DNA from: Amphiscolops sp. MND2022
Taxonomy: Eukaryota
Direction: 5' to 3'
Assembly: GCA_964187785.1 (NCBI GenBank)
Contig: OZ076409.1
Coordinates: 60,328,001 to 60,392,000 of the forward strand
Length of the DNA: 64,000 nucleotides
The notes beneath the pieces were generated by a model. The model was given only the letters and a program-made list of their open reading frames with translations, did no database searches and was not told the origin of the DNA. Numbering within the stretch: the first letter of the stretch is position 1; the number at the start of each line of letters is the position of its first letter. Below are positions 38,354 through 49,845 of this stretch, in pieces. The position numbers and the translations under genes are program-made.

Positions 38354-38810
38354 TTTTAGTCGGATCGTTTTGTTTGTTCACAGGCGCTTCCAAGGCAGAC
38401 GGCCGTCGCTTCGACGCCTGCCGAGGACGAAATAGGTCAAAGACGTGTCAAAAATCTCCCCTTTTGGTTTCTCCGTCATTGTGAGACTTTCGAAAAAAAA
38501 ACTTTTCACCCTTCGGTTTTTCCTTATTTCAACTCCCAGGAAGACGTTTTACAAGCCTAAAGATTCCTATCTTGTGGTTTTTGGCGATATGCGATTTTTT
38601 CAAAAAAAACTTGTTTCTATCAATTTGATGTATTTTTGATGTTTTCATTAAAAGAAAAGCGTTTTTGGAGACCGCAAGTAGCCTTTACGGATATTTTTAC
38701 CACTCTGAGAGTTATAAACATTTTGTGAAGGCCACCCTGAGCATTTCAACGAGACTTTGCACTTTTTGAGCTTTAAGCGTTGCGCCAACTTTAGACGGTC
38801 TCGTTTGTTT
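38354..38810 (+). mobile_element. Diverged DINE-1/Helentron-like element
   Basis: TTTTAGTCGG at the start and TTTTGAGCTTTAAGCGTTGCGCCAACTTTAGACGGTCTCGTTTGTTT at the end. Confidence 0.5.
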
Positions 38811-39329
38811 CCGTTTACATCGGTTGTCCTTAAAATATTAATTGTTTTAGACAACAATTCAAAACCTCTTTTTCCAAATTTTGCATGCTGCTTGCAGATG
38901 CACGCAGCTGCAGCCAAGGAAAATCACTTTTAATCTCAAACCAAATATCGGAATATCAATCAAGTTGGAAAAGAAATATTCACTCAATAGTGTTTTGTTT
39001 CCCCTAGTTGAGACTGCTTGAACGTTTTACATGCTGCAGGCCTGCATGCAGGGTAATTTTTAATAAAACCTAGAAAATTCAGTATGCATCCGTTGGTAAA
39101 TCTTGTAGAATTACACTGCATTCTCCACTACTGCAATTAAATTTGAAAATATTTCCCTATTCTTTATGGACATGATCACGTTTTATTCACACATTAATTT
39201 CTCAACTACTCATCTGATTTAACCACCACTTCTCAAATAGGACGCCGAAGATGACGCTAGTTTGCTGTTTACATTGTGAATGAAATTAAATTGCATTGAA
39301 ATGGCGGCAAAATTGTGAACGTCTCAGAT

Positions 39330-41676
39330 CATGGCTGTCAGAAATATGCGGGACTTATTTCCGCATATTCCCGCATTTTTTTAGTTTTTAATTATCCGCA
39401 TATGCAACTGCATATTTCTGAGAAATTGGCGTGACCAGTTGTCACGCGTGATGGAAATTTGACAGCCAATCAAATTGAGTGTTGCTTCTTTCGCACCTAA
39501 ATAGGCAACTTTATATTTCTGAGAAATCGACGTGACCAGTTTTCACGCGTGATTAAAAGTTAACAATCAATTAAATTGCGTGTTGCTTTGAAATTGCGTC
39601 TTCGCTTTCAAGTTCACTTGTTTCTATATGATTAAGACAATGTCTGAGAATGCTGATATTTCTCTTGTGACTTTTACTACAGACCAGTTAACCAAACAAT
39701 TAGAAAATAATGCACATTCCGGTCATTACTCGAAAATCACTGCACTTCAAAGAGCCCAACAAGCACAGAATCGCACAACATTTTATGCTGATGACAATAT
39801 TTTGTTCTGCAAAACCTGTTCGTGCACTGTTGATCATAGCCGACAATCAAACCTAGAACAACATTGCAAGACTAAAAAACACATTCGTAACTGCGAATCT
39901 ACTCAACCAGCAAAGAAGCAAAAAACCATTACCACAACTCTAAACATAAAGAACCCTGCTAGTTTGGAGAAAGTGAAAATGATTACTGATTATATCCGAG
40001 TTTTAGCGTCAACAAACACGCCTTTCCACACAATCAACAACCCAATGGTGAGAAAGTTCTTTCGAAATCACGTTTCTGGAGGGGGAAGTTTACCAACACG
40101 TCAAGGCCTTAAACCGTATTTGGACGATGTTTACGATGTTGAGCGTCAAAATTTGCTTATAAAAGTCAGCAAAATGAAATTGCTTGTTATTATTGATGAA
40201 ACCTCCGATGACGAAGGCCGTTACGTAGTCAACGTTATGTTCACCGTTGTTGGAATAACATCTGAGCACTGTAAGCTGAAATCTTATTTAGCATCAACTT
40301 ATTTCGAGAAGAAATCAGTGGACCATCAAAAAGTGAGCCAATTAGTCATCAGAACAATAAATGATTACAAAATTGATTTCAGAGACGTAATTGGCTTTTG
40401 CTCTGATAATGTAGCTTATATGATCAAAGCTTTTCGTGAAGTGTTGAAACCTTTATTACCGAACTGCGTGCACTTATCGTGTGTTGCTCAAATCATTCAT
40501 CTTGTGACTAAAGATTATTTGAAACCTTTCACTCATGCCCTCAACTGGATAAAATTGTGGCCTCTGTATTTTAGTCATTCAGGAGTGCGTAAATTCAGGT
40601 TCTTACAATTTCTCAAGACAAAAAATCTCACACCGAAGACTGCTCCTATACCAAGTTTAACTCGGTGGGGCACATATTTTGAAGCAATATCTTATCATGC
40701 TGAATACTTTGATGAAGAGTGCAAGTTTATACATTCCGAGTTGGATATTTTTGGAGACAATGTTCCGAGTATTCTCAGTGAGCTCAAAGAAATTGTCAAT
40801 AATAAAGACATCTGGCAACAAACAGTGATGGAAATAACTTTCCTGAAACCTAGAGCGTCTCTCTTTGACAATGCACTCAATATATTCCAATCACAGTTAG
40901 GGCAAAGTATTTTTATATATCCCCAGATTGAAGTGCTTATTCGAGAAGTTACCAATTTGAGAGAACTCAACGACTTGACTATATTGGATCATTTCGATGA
41001 CGAATTTTTTGCTGACTTGCCCATCCGGACTCTACAAAATTTCGTGAGCATTGTTACAAGAGCAGCAGAAGAAGCACAAATGAAGTTATTGAAATATTTT
41101 GGTTCGAGTGTTGGTGTTCATCCAAGTTTGCAGTTTTTACAAAATGTTCCATTTTTCAACCCTCAATGTTGCTTCAATTTTACTGAGCCTAATTCAATTC
41201 CTGGTTTCGATGATGTTACTCCGGGAGAAATTTTTCTATACAAAGAGAAGGCCAAAATGTTCCAAATGCCCTTAGATTGTCCAACAAATATTGAAACACT
41301 TACTGAAAAAATTTATGCAATCCATCAATTTTGGGTATCCAACAGGACAACACTGCCAAACCTATCAAAAATAGCACTTGATTATGCTTTTTTGCATTCA
41401 GCCTCAGCAGATGTTGAAAGAAGTTTCAAGAAGTTAACTTGTGTTTTCACCGAAGAAAGAAGAAGTTTTAACGAAGAAACTTTGTGTAAAATGCTTTTTC
41501 TGTTTATAAATCTAAATGTTGATGCCTGAAATTGAAGTTTCATCTGCGTTTTTCTCAAGAGTTGACTCAAGGTGTTAGCCGTTTAAGAAAACATAAATTT
41601 GCATATTTTTCACGATTTTAATTAACGTAAAGTTGCATATTTTGTGGAAAAAAGCCGCATATTTCTGACAGCCATG
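39330..41676 (+). mobile_element. Full-length hAT-superfamily DNA transposon (2,347 bp)
   Basis: Perfect 22-bp TIRs CATGGCTGTCAGAAATATGCGG (39330-39351 and 41655-41676). Perfect 8-bp TSD TCTCAGAT (39322-39329 and 41677-41684). Subterminal GCATATT repeats at both ends. One uninterrupted ORF. Confidence 0.96.
39628..41529 (+). CDS. hAT transposase (633 aa) with CGGBP1-like N-terminal zinc finger/DNA-binding region
   Basis: Zinc finger LFCKTC...HCKTKKH. Catalytic and hAT motifs IIDETSD, CSDNVAYM, HLSCVAQ, TRWGT and SADVERSF. The ORF is intronless and lies between the TIRs. Confidence 0.93.
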   Translation: MIKTMSENADISLVTFTTDQLTKQLENNAHSGHYSKITALQRAQQAQNRTTFYADDNILFCKTCSCTVDHSRQSNLEQHCKTKKHIRNCESTQPAKKQKTITTTLNIKNPASLEKVKMITDYIRVLASTNTPFHTINNPMVRKFFRNHVSGGGSLPTRQGLKPYLDDVYDVERQNLLIKVSKMKLLVIIDETSDDEGRYVVNVMFTVVGITSEHCKLKSYLASTYFEKKSVDHQKVSQLVIRTINDYKIDFRDVIGFCSDNVAYMIKAFREVLKPLLPNCVHLSCVAQIIHLVTKDYLKPFTHALNWIKLWPLYFSHSGVRKFRFLQFLKTKNLTPKTAPIPSLTRWGTYFEAISYHAEYFDEECKFIHSELDIFGDNVPSILSELKEIVNNKDIWQQTVMEITFLKPRASLFDNALNIFQSQLGQSIFIYPQIEVLIREVTNLRELNDLTILDHFDDEFFADLPIRTLQNFVSIVTRAAEEAQMKLLKYFGSSVGVHPSLQFLQNVPFFNPQCCFNFTEPNSIPGFDDVTPGEIFLYKEKAKMFQMPLDCPTNIETLTEKIYAIHQFWVSNRTTLPNLSKIALDYAFLHSASADVERSFKKLTCVFTEERRSFNEETLCKMLFLFINLNVDA

Positions 41677-43043
41677 TCTCAGATGCATTTAAAATTAGAA
41701 CTGATGCATATTGAAACTTGCAGAACTTCACGGCTTGAAATTGCCGCCAAAACTTTGATGATTCTTTGAAGCAGCTTGATAAAAGTTGATGACAACAGGG
41801 AAATAATAACGCATTGAAGTTTCCGTAAGAGATTTAGAAAATCATTGAAAAAGTTGCTGGCAACTTTAAAGAACATATAAAAAATTCAAGCAAGTTCAAC
41901 AAGGGTCCCCATCATCCTCCTTAAACGTCCGCCCCCATTTTCTCAGTTTATTTTAGTCTCAGCTTGAAAGACAAAACGGAACTTGATTGAAGTTTCACAC
42001 TCAGTCAAAACAAATTCAAAAACTGGCCCTAAATAATGGGAAGACCTTTTCTGAGGATGCTTCACTGTGAATTGAAAACTTTTTGTCATTCCATAATTAC
42101 ATAATGTAACACTGAGCTGTTTTCAGTTGGGCCATTCTTGAAATGTCAGTTTTGGAAGAGGCGGACAGAAAATATTTATCAGATCAGAGGCTTTATGCAG
42201 CTTTTCAAACAGCCTTTGTTTTTTGTGTAGGCGAGTTCTGTTCTTGAATTTTGTCTTCGGAAGCTCTTAATGCAATGATGGCGATTTTAAAAAAATGTTC
42301 AGTTTCGTTTCTTGTCGAAACGAAAGATTTCCTTTTGTGTTTGTATAGAGAAATCTCTTTTAAAAAGGTGCACAGTGCCGAATACCCCACAAGCGGACCC
42401 TTTGATCTCGTCTAGTTTTGCAGCCAAGAAAGATATGCGCGTCCTCTTTCCTAATTTTTCACATTCTTAAAATCTCATTCTTAATTGTTTTGAAAACCTA
42501 CCAAGAAAGCGGCCTTATTAATTTACAAAAACTAAATCATTTTCAAAAGTGGACGCTTGAGGGTCAGCTGAAAAAAAACGTCAAAGTAGGAGTCTGCTCT
42601 TTTTCTTTGAAAAGCGTTTGACTAAAAACTCCAGAATGAAAATGATCAGTTGACTATAAATTTTTTCAGTGTCAAACGTTTCAGATCAATTGATGCGGTG
42701 TCGTTTTAGTAGTTTAATGAGATTATTCATCACAAAAAACGCCTATTTACACTTGTTACGACCATAGAGTAACTGCCGAGACAGTAATAAATGTCGTCCT
42801 TTTTGTGTTTTACCCCCAAATTTTAAATTGCTCCTTTTCTCCACTGCTAAATTTTTTTTGTTTTCCAGTTATTTTTACTTTGAAAAACTTTTATTTGACT
42901 TCATTCGAACCATTATCAACTTTCAATTGATTTAATTGATTGAAACTAACTTTTGAGCTTTCGTTCCATGTTTAGGACGAAATTACTTGAAAAAAAATAA
43001 AGCAAATCAGTGTTTGACCATTTTATTACGTTTAACAATTTTA

Positions 43044-43360
43044 ACAAGACGAGAACGTCTCAAGTCGGTGCCAGCTTTAGGTTCCGAAAAGTCTGCGGCT
43101 TTCGATTATGCTGAGAAGGCTTTTTATTGAATCTCTTAAAAATCTAACAGTGCCAAAAAACACTCCTTGCTTGAAAATGCTTTCTTCCACTTCAGAATGT
43201 CAAAAACCATTATAAGACACTTCAAAAACTCTCAAAAAAACTCGAGTGCCTAAAAACCCAAAGATGTCTTTTTGGAGCCCGCAAAAGCGTTTTAAATCTC
43301 GGAAGATCAAAAAATATCTTAATTGTTCTCAAAAAGTCTTTCAATGCCAAAAAATTTAAC
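43044..43360 (-). mobile_element. Partial, diverged DINE-1/Helentron-like element
   Basis: ACAAGACGAGAACGTCTCAAGTCGGTGCC terminus. The far end is not identifiable. Confidence 0.5.
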
Positions 43361-45273
43361 GGTACTGTTTTCTGTCCTTGTACTGTTTTCTGTCTTGTAG
43401 ATCTACACTCGTTTCCCCTTTTTGGTGAACTTTAAAAACGGGGTTTAATATCGAGAGAGTTGCAAAACAAGTTTTGTGATTAAGCATAGTTTTCTCTGAA
43501 AAATGCAAACACTGAACAAAAGTTGTCCAAAACCCAATTTTGAGGCTACATGGTTTAATCGTTAGAGCATCAGGCCTGGTTTGTTACGGTATTATAATAT
43601 ATGTAGTAATATAATAAAAATATTTTATATTTTTTCCTTCATCAGATACCATGAATCTTCGTCATCAATCAAGTGCCATGTGTGTCATCATGTTGAGAGG
43701 AGAAGACGCACATTCGTGGTCTGCTATGGCGAAAGGAGTTAACTCCATACCAGCCACTTTCTCAGTCGACCAGTTTTACATTTTGATCCATATAATTGTT
43801 GGTAATTTCGGATCGGAAATATGTCCATTCCAAGTGGATGAGCCGATAACTTGGCCTGTGGTTTCGTTTGCGGAGCAGTGTTCTTGTATTGAATCGCAGT
43901 TGCATGCAAAAAGTCAAATTCTGCGTGTGAAACTTGTGGAATCTTCTACATTAGTCACGCTCTATTGAAATCGACTGTTGACTTGATATTCAAGGTAACC
44001 AAAAGCGCAGTATTTTGCGATATGATCATTCTTCAAAGAAACTGATCTTCTTAAGTGATGTGGACCCGCCGAAAAACGCAATTTATTATAGAAATGCCAA
44101 CCGTGACAGGACTCACGATGAGAATGTGGCCTCCGCAGAGTCCCAAAAAACTAACAGCTCAAAATTTTTCAAACACTATCCATTACATGAGCTAAAACAA
44201 AATGAAATTAGAAGCATATTGTCGGACATTTAGTTCTACTGAAAACGAAGCACTCAGTAATTGGAAAATGTCCTTATTCTGGGTTGGAGGCTCTGCTAGT
44301 GCTATGTTTCGGTCGTATTGGGCTTTCAAATTCCGGTTCCGGTCGAGTTCCGGCCGTACAAAAATTCCTCTTTCGGTGTACCTCTAATATTTACCGTTTT
44401 GACCGTCCCAAAATGATAAGCAAAAATAATGAATTTCAAAATGGCCGCGTCCAAACTTCGAATTTTTCAAATTTAGAATTTTTCATAAATCTTGCAAGAT
44501 ATTTGCAGCAAAATGTTTTTTTTTCAAAAATCTTGTAAGATATTTTGTAAGATTTGCATACTTCTAAAAAATCTCGCAAGATTTGAATTTAGGTCCCCAA
44601 TCTTGCAAGGCAAGGTAACTTTCAAATGCAAGGAATTGGCAAGAATCTTAAAAGATTTGCGTTTAACTTCATCCAGGGTATATTCGAACTTCTCTCAACC
44701 CATCATTGTTAGGCATTGAGCAAGTTCTTCACCCGTAGATTAGTGGTATGGTCATTACAAAAAATGTCTTTGGTGGAGGGAACACTAATGACAAAATAAC
44801 CGCAAGCAATCAGAACTTTGTGACCTTGAGAAAGTCCCTTCGAAACCACAGGTGTTTGTTGACCACTTAGTTGCAAATATGATACCGTACCTTAGCATAG
44901 GAGACATTGTGCACTAAGGGTGCCGACTCAGCAAAACAGAACTGCTTATACGGCGTTCACTCCGCCAAAATGGCATAAAACGTGTTTTTCTCCAACGTTC
45001 AACTGTTTTAGGCAATTGGTTAATGTTTCATGTTTATGTATAAATAAGTATCCACAGTGTTCAACTAGAATTTTCCATACTCATGTATGGTGAAATAATG
45101 TTTTTCTTTAAAAAATGAACCAAATAGTGTTAAATTTGTCTGAAAGTTTCTTTTTTTGAAAGTTCGTAGTTTATTTAGCTTTAAAATGTCTCCCTAATAG
45201 TTTGGGGCAGAAATGCTCACCGTGCATTTAGCTTGCGTCTTTTGTTATTATATTGTGAGTTCTTTTGTTTTAG

Positions 45274-45367
45274 ATTCAAGCGACAGACGCTGATTCTGGC
45301 AAAAATGGTGCTGTGGAATATTACCTGGACAACTGGACAGATATGTTTTCTCTGGACCCTGAAACAG
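45274..45367 (+). CDS. ds: 94-bp internal exon of the Dachsous-like cadherin (IQATDADSGKNGAVEYYLDNWTDMFSLDPET-G)
   Basis: Flanks are ttttgttttag|ATT ... ACAG|GTAACT. The phase-0 start matches the exon ending at 824 and the phase-1 end matches the exon starting at 60529. It supplies the missing AxDxDxGxNG..Y..F.LD..TG part of a cadherin repeat. It is not in the ORF track, whose 45233 ORF uses another frame. Confidence 0.93.
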
Positions 45368-45717
45368 GTAACTAATCAAAACGCATCTGACATGTCCCTC
45401 CTTATCCTCTATGTTCCTTTAATAAGGAATCTCTTTTATATCAAACGTTATGATGGTAGCTTTACAATTTATTGTGAAAACATAAAACATCTGCAACTTT
45501 CACGAACTGTTTTCGAAATTAATTACTTTATTGGATGGTGATTTAATTGTTGTTTAATGAGCAGTTTTCACTTTCATATTTAGACACCGAAAGTAACGTA
45601 TGTCTGCAAGTTGTACAATTTTCATTAGCATTTTCATGAGCGGTAATTTACATTAGTTTTTGATTAGCTGTTAAATTCATGAAAAAAATCTCAATCATCA
45701 ATGGTCAGTCTTTTTGA

Positions 45718-46141
45718 GGTATCAGGTCAAAATCTCCTAAGTTAAAATCTCCTAGACCTAAATCTCCTAGGCTAAAATCTCCTAGACCTAAATCTCCTAG
45801 GTCATAATCTCCTAAATTGAATTTCATAGTGTGAAAGTAACTTTGATTAAGCATTAAAAGCTGAGACAGTCATTGAAAGATTATTACATAATTGACTAAT
45901 GAGTGAAGGTTTGCAATTAAGTTTGAAAATGGTTGAAAATTGAGGTTAGCCTTTGTTCCTAAGCGAACAGCTTTCCGCTTCAATTAAGTTGGCGAGTTGT
46001 TTTTCGATGAGTTTCTTTTATTCTAATTTTAGGAGATTTTGACCTAGGAGATTTAGGTCTAGGAGATTTTAACTTGGGAGATTTTAACCTAGGAGATTTT
46101 AACTTAGGAGATTTTGACTTAGGAGATTTTGACATGCAACC
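45718..46141. mobile_element. MITE with GG...CC ends and 15-bp subterminal tandem repeats (core AAATCTCCTAG)
   Basis: Termini GGTATCAGGTCAAAATCTCCTAAG and CTTAGGAGATTTTGACATGCAACC. 8-bp TSD CTTTTTGA at 45710-45717 and 46142-46149. Confidence 0.9.
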
Positions 46142-47282
46142 CTTTTTGAAAATCAGTCTTACATTCATAAAGAGATATAATCCAAAGAATCCTATTTTTA
46201 CTGGTCAAAAATAATCCTAACGATAAAGTGATTACCATTTTTTTCCTGAATGCGCCATTGGCTGCGCATAGTGTGAACAGATACAATTTTTCCTGTTTTA
46301 TCGACCAATCAGATAATTAGGAGACTTTTAGGATAGCTGAAGTTGAGCGGAATTTTTTTCATCATTATGATTGAGTCACCTGGCTTTAAAAAAAATATTG
46401 ATGCAAAATTCTCTCAATGTTTCAGAGAATTATCATAATGAAATTCAAAACCCACTTTCAATTAGGCCAAATTAGCATTTTCAGCATGTCAACGCATGTC
46501 AAGAGTCAGAAAAACACCCCCTCTCACAAGTTTGATGAATCATGAAAAGACTACAATATGAGATTAAAGATAATATCTATCATTGAATGTATGCCAAAAG
46601 TTGAGTTTCATTCCTTGAGCTTTCGAAACGGCGCCCATAAGTAGCTTATTTGTTTTCATTTGATTTTAATTGTGACAAACAGTTTTTAGGAAAGCAAACT
46701 CTGATATCCCGGAGTGATACGACAGATCAAAGCTTTTGATTTTTTTTCGAAGTTTTTCTCGGATGCTCTAGGAGAGAAACAGTGATTTATTCTTAAGCTA
46801 GAAATTAATTCAAGACTCAATCTCATCGTTACTCAGTTCAAACAGTCTCAAGTGCATTCGTTTTGAAGATGAATGTTTATGTATATCGAGCATTAATATT
46901 CCGAAATTCAGCAATGTAAAAAATCGATGCTTAGTGTTTGGAAAAAATTTAACAACTTTGTGGCCCGCTCAAAGCAATCAACGGTAGTTTTCAGCCTCGA
47001 ATTTGAAAAATGACCAATTAATTTATTAGCACAATTAGAAAATTTATTACAAGTCAATTTTATGAAGTAACGCGAAAATCATCTTTCAGTGAAAATTTCA
47101 AACATTTATCAGTTTAGTTTCTCAACAAAATTGAAAATTGCATGGATCTTTATTTTAGAAGTCTTTTATTCAATATAAATTATTCTTCGTTGCCAATATG
47201 CGTTCGCTAACTCTATATTTAATTAGGAAAAGAAGTCTTGTAATTCGAATGCGCCGTTTGAAAATTTATACCCACAAAGCGA

Positions 47283-48118
47283 TTTTCCGTCTGCGCTTCC
47301 GGAGAAAAAACCGACTATGGCAGTGACTTTTTTAAGACCAGCGAACTGACAAGAATTTATTAGCACATTTTCATTAGTTGTAATTGTAACTTCTAAATGG
47401 CATGAGGGTATAGTAACTGCTACTTGGCCTAGAGGTTAACCCGAATTTTCTGATGTCTGAGAAGCAGGAGAACGTGGGTTCGAGTCTCGAACTGAACCAA
47501 AATATTTTATGCTTGCAAAAACAGGGGAAACGAAAGTGCCCCTTTCAGGTTTTTGCGACACTGTGCGACTGTTTTTTTGGAGTTTTTTCAACTTGAGTGA
47601 TTTTTGACAAAGCGCTCTACGAGTACAGAGGTATTATGTAACTCGCCGAAAAATTCAAAAATGTTTGAGGCTTTCTGTGAGCAAAACGCTTTTACTCTCT
47701 ATGGTTGAGAGTGACCTCTTTGATCATTTTTTGGTCCTGTGTAACGGGAACTGATGAGAGATTTCTCAAAAATTATAGAGAAGAAATACAGCAAACTTTT
47801 TCTGGTCAAAGGGTACCTCCTTCACTTCCGAAAATGTTTTCCGCTTTCAAAAAAGCGTTTCGCGAGCTTGAGGCTTGTTTTTTGGCAATATTAAACTTTT
47901 TCCGAAGCAAAACTTTTTTGAAAACAATGTATTTCAATGAAAACTTTTTTGATGTTTCCAGTTGTGGAAAACGGTTTCAGGATCTTATGTGTACCTTCGC
48001 GTATTTTCTGGCACTGTAAATTCGATAATGTTTTCACGATAGAATCCCTTCGCGTTTTCAAAAACTTGGTTTTTTTAACCTTGAGCGGGGTGCCAACTTG
48101 AGCGTTTCACGGTTTGTT
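47283..48118 (+). mobile_element. Diverged DINE-1/Helentron-like element with tRNA-like module
   Basis: Degenerate 5' stem-loop (GTCTGCGC...CCGACT). TGGCCTAGAGGTTAA...GGTTCGAGTCTCGAACTGAACCA at 47425-47499. The 3' end reads GGTGCCAACTTGAGCGTTTCACGGTTTGTT. Confidence 0.6.
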
Positions 48119-49126
48119 CATTTCTGTACAATATATACAATTAAAACGTTTCTTCTGTTCCATTGAGAATTACGAGTTTTGCCATCAATGCTATTAAAAT
48201 TTAGCCGGAATACGACATCAAAGAGTTTCGTTTGTGTCGACTTTGTTCAATCTCTCCAGTTTTCAGAAAAGGTACTCGAGTCTAGCCTACTGGACTTTTT
48301 CGTATTTTCGTTTTCAATCTAATTAGACTTGGTTGTAATCACGTCTGCGTATAGTTTTCACGTTTTCAGAAAATTAAATACCGCATTTTTACACCGCTTT
48401 GATATACGCAACTTTTCAGCACTTATAAACACTCCATTTTTGAAGCACTCTTCGGCAACACTCGAACAAAATTGTTCCACGTTGTCAAAGATCTGAACGT
48501 ACTCTTTTCGCAGACTTTTGAGTCCTTTTTGACGAAAACGTTCATTTCGTGACTCGAAAACAACTAACATCGTGTGGGAGATTTTATAGAGATAAAACTT
48601 CCTCGTAGAAAAAAAATCCGCACGAAGTTCTTTGTACCCTGAGTACTTGTTGTTCAATGTGGACATGATATACCACGGTACCAAGAAGCTAAGGACACTC
48701 GAATTCGTTCACAAAAAACTTCAAGGCACAACAAATTTGGCGACTTTTGTAAGAAATGTGCCCCAACTATTACAGTGACCAGTTCGCCTTTTTTCGATCA
48801 GATGACAAAATGTATCTGAATGGTTATAGGAAAAAACGCCGAGGAAAAAAAGCCCATTGGAGATATCATCAGATATTTAGAAGAATTAACTCTGAAACAG
48901 CAACAATTTTTATATTGGTTGTATGGCGCAGCCTTGCTGCTTAAAGGGCGCTTCGCGCTTCCTCAGGAAGTCGGTTTTCGCCAGAAACATTCGCAGCACT
49001 AGTAATCACACGTCGCTCTGCTTCGCTCATACTTTTAGGGCACTAGAGATATGTGAACATAGCTGACTACGTTACACTAATTTTCTATTGACGTAAGTAC
49101 GCTTGGGACGTTTTTTCCAATGGCTG

Positions 49127-49845
49127 CCCGTACTGAGACTCCATTCAATCCCATCGATGGCCATCGATGGGATTTGAATTATCGCCCAGCGCACGGGGGC
49201 ACTTGTGGAGCATTTCAGGGTTAAATATATCTAATTTTAACCTACTCTCATTTCCTTTTAAGCCTGAAAGTCACTTATTTCGGAGCAGCCTTGTCCTTGA
49301 ATTAATTTTAAAAAATCATGAAAAACCTGGAAAATTGCAATTATTCGCATAAAAATGCAACGGAATCGAGCTTCAATCGAGAAAACCATCTGCTTGTAAG
49401 AAGAAAACTTATCTGAAATATGAAGAAATTTGACTTTGAAAATAAGTTTTTGCATTAACAAAATTGGTGTTTTTTCCTTGGAAAATCAACAGAATCCGGT
49501 TTTTCACAAATGTAAATAATATGGATAACTATGTATAACTTCATTTCCGAATAAAATAATTTGGGCATCCTCGAAATCCCAAACAAAGTTTAAATAGACC
49601 GAATGAAACACTTAAATGGCCAGAGTTTTGTGTTAAATTTTGAACATGACCTAGTCGAACGAATTTTGGTGATGGAAAATTTCGACTCCCATCGATGGGT
49701 CATTGATGGCCCATCGATGACCCATCGATGGGATAATCGTTAAAAAAACCTCATCGATGCCCATCGATGGACCATTGATGGCCATCGATGGGCCCCATGG
49801 GACTGCGATGGCCATCGATGAACTGCGATGGGATCTCAGTACGGG
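49127..49845. mobile_element. MITE with CCC...GGG termini and palindromic CCATCGATGG subterminal arrays (possibly CMC/EnSpm-like)
   Basis: TIR CCCGTACTGAGA / TCTCAGTACGGG, flanked by TG on both sides (2-bp TSD). Many CCATCGATGG units lie near both ends. The superfamily is inferred from the termini only. Confidence 0.8.

Noticed and set aside
43646..43995. Possible exon or nested gene (acceptor-like cttcatcag, donor-like aag|gtaacc)
   Set aside because: No cadherin or other recognisable motif appears in any frame I read, most frames contain stops, and the cadherin model needs no extra exon here.
45233..45541. 102-aa ORF overlapping the small exon
   Set aside because: It is the wrong frame; the cadherin motifs are in the frame starting at 45274.
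45980..46168. ORF with SPK/SPR repeats resembling a sperm histone H1 or protamine
   Set aside because: It is the translation of the 15-bp subterminal repeats of a TSD-bounded MITE.
47425..47499. tRNA-like sequences as functional tRNA genes (also 3263-3336 and 15376-15450)
   Set aside because: A/B boxes are present, but no convincing acceptor or anticodon stem forms. The copies diverge freely and lie inside interspersed repeats.
48930..49050. Possible canonical Helitron 3' end (hairpins followed by CTAG)
   Set aside because: No matching 5' TC end or Rep/Hel remnant could be supported.
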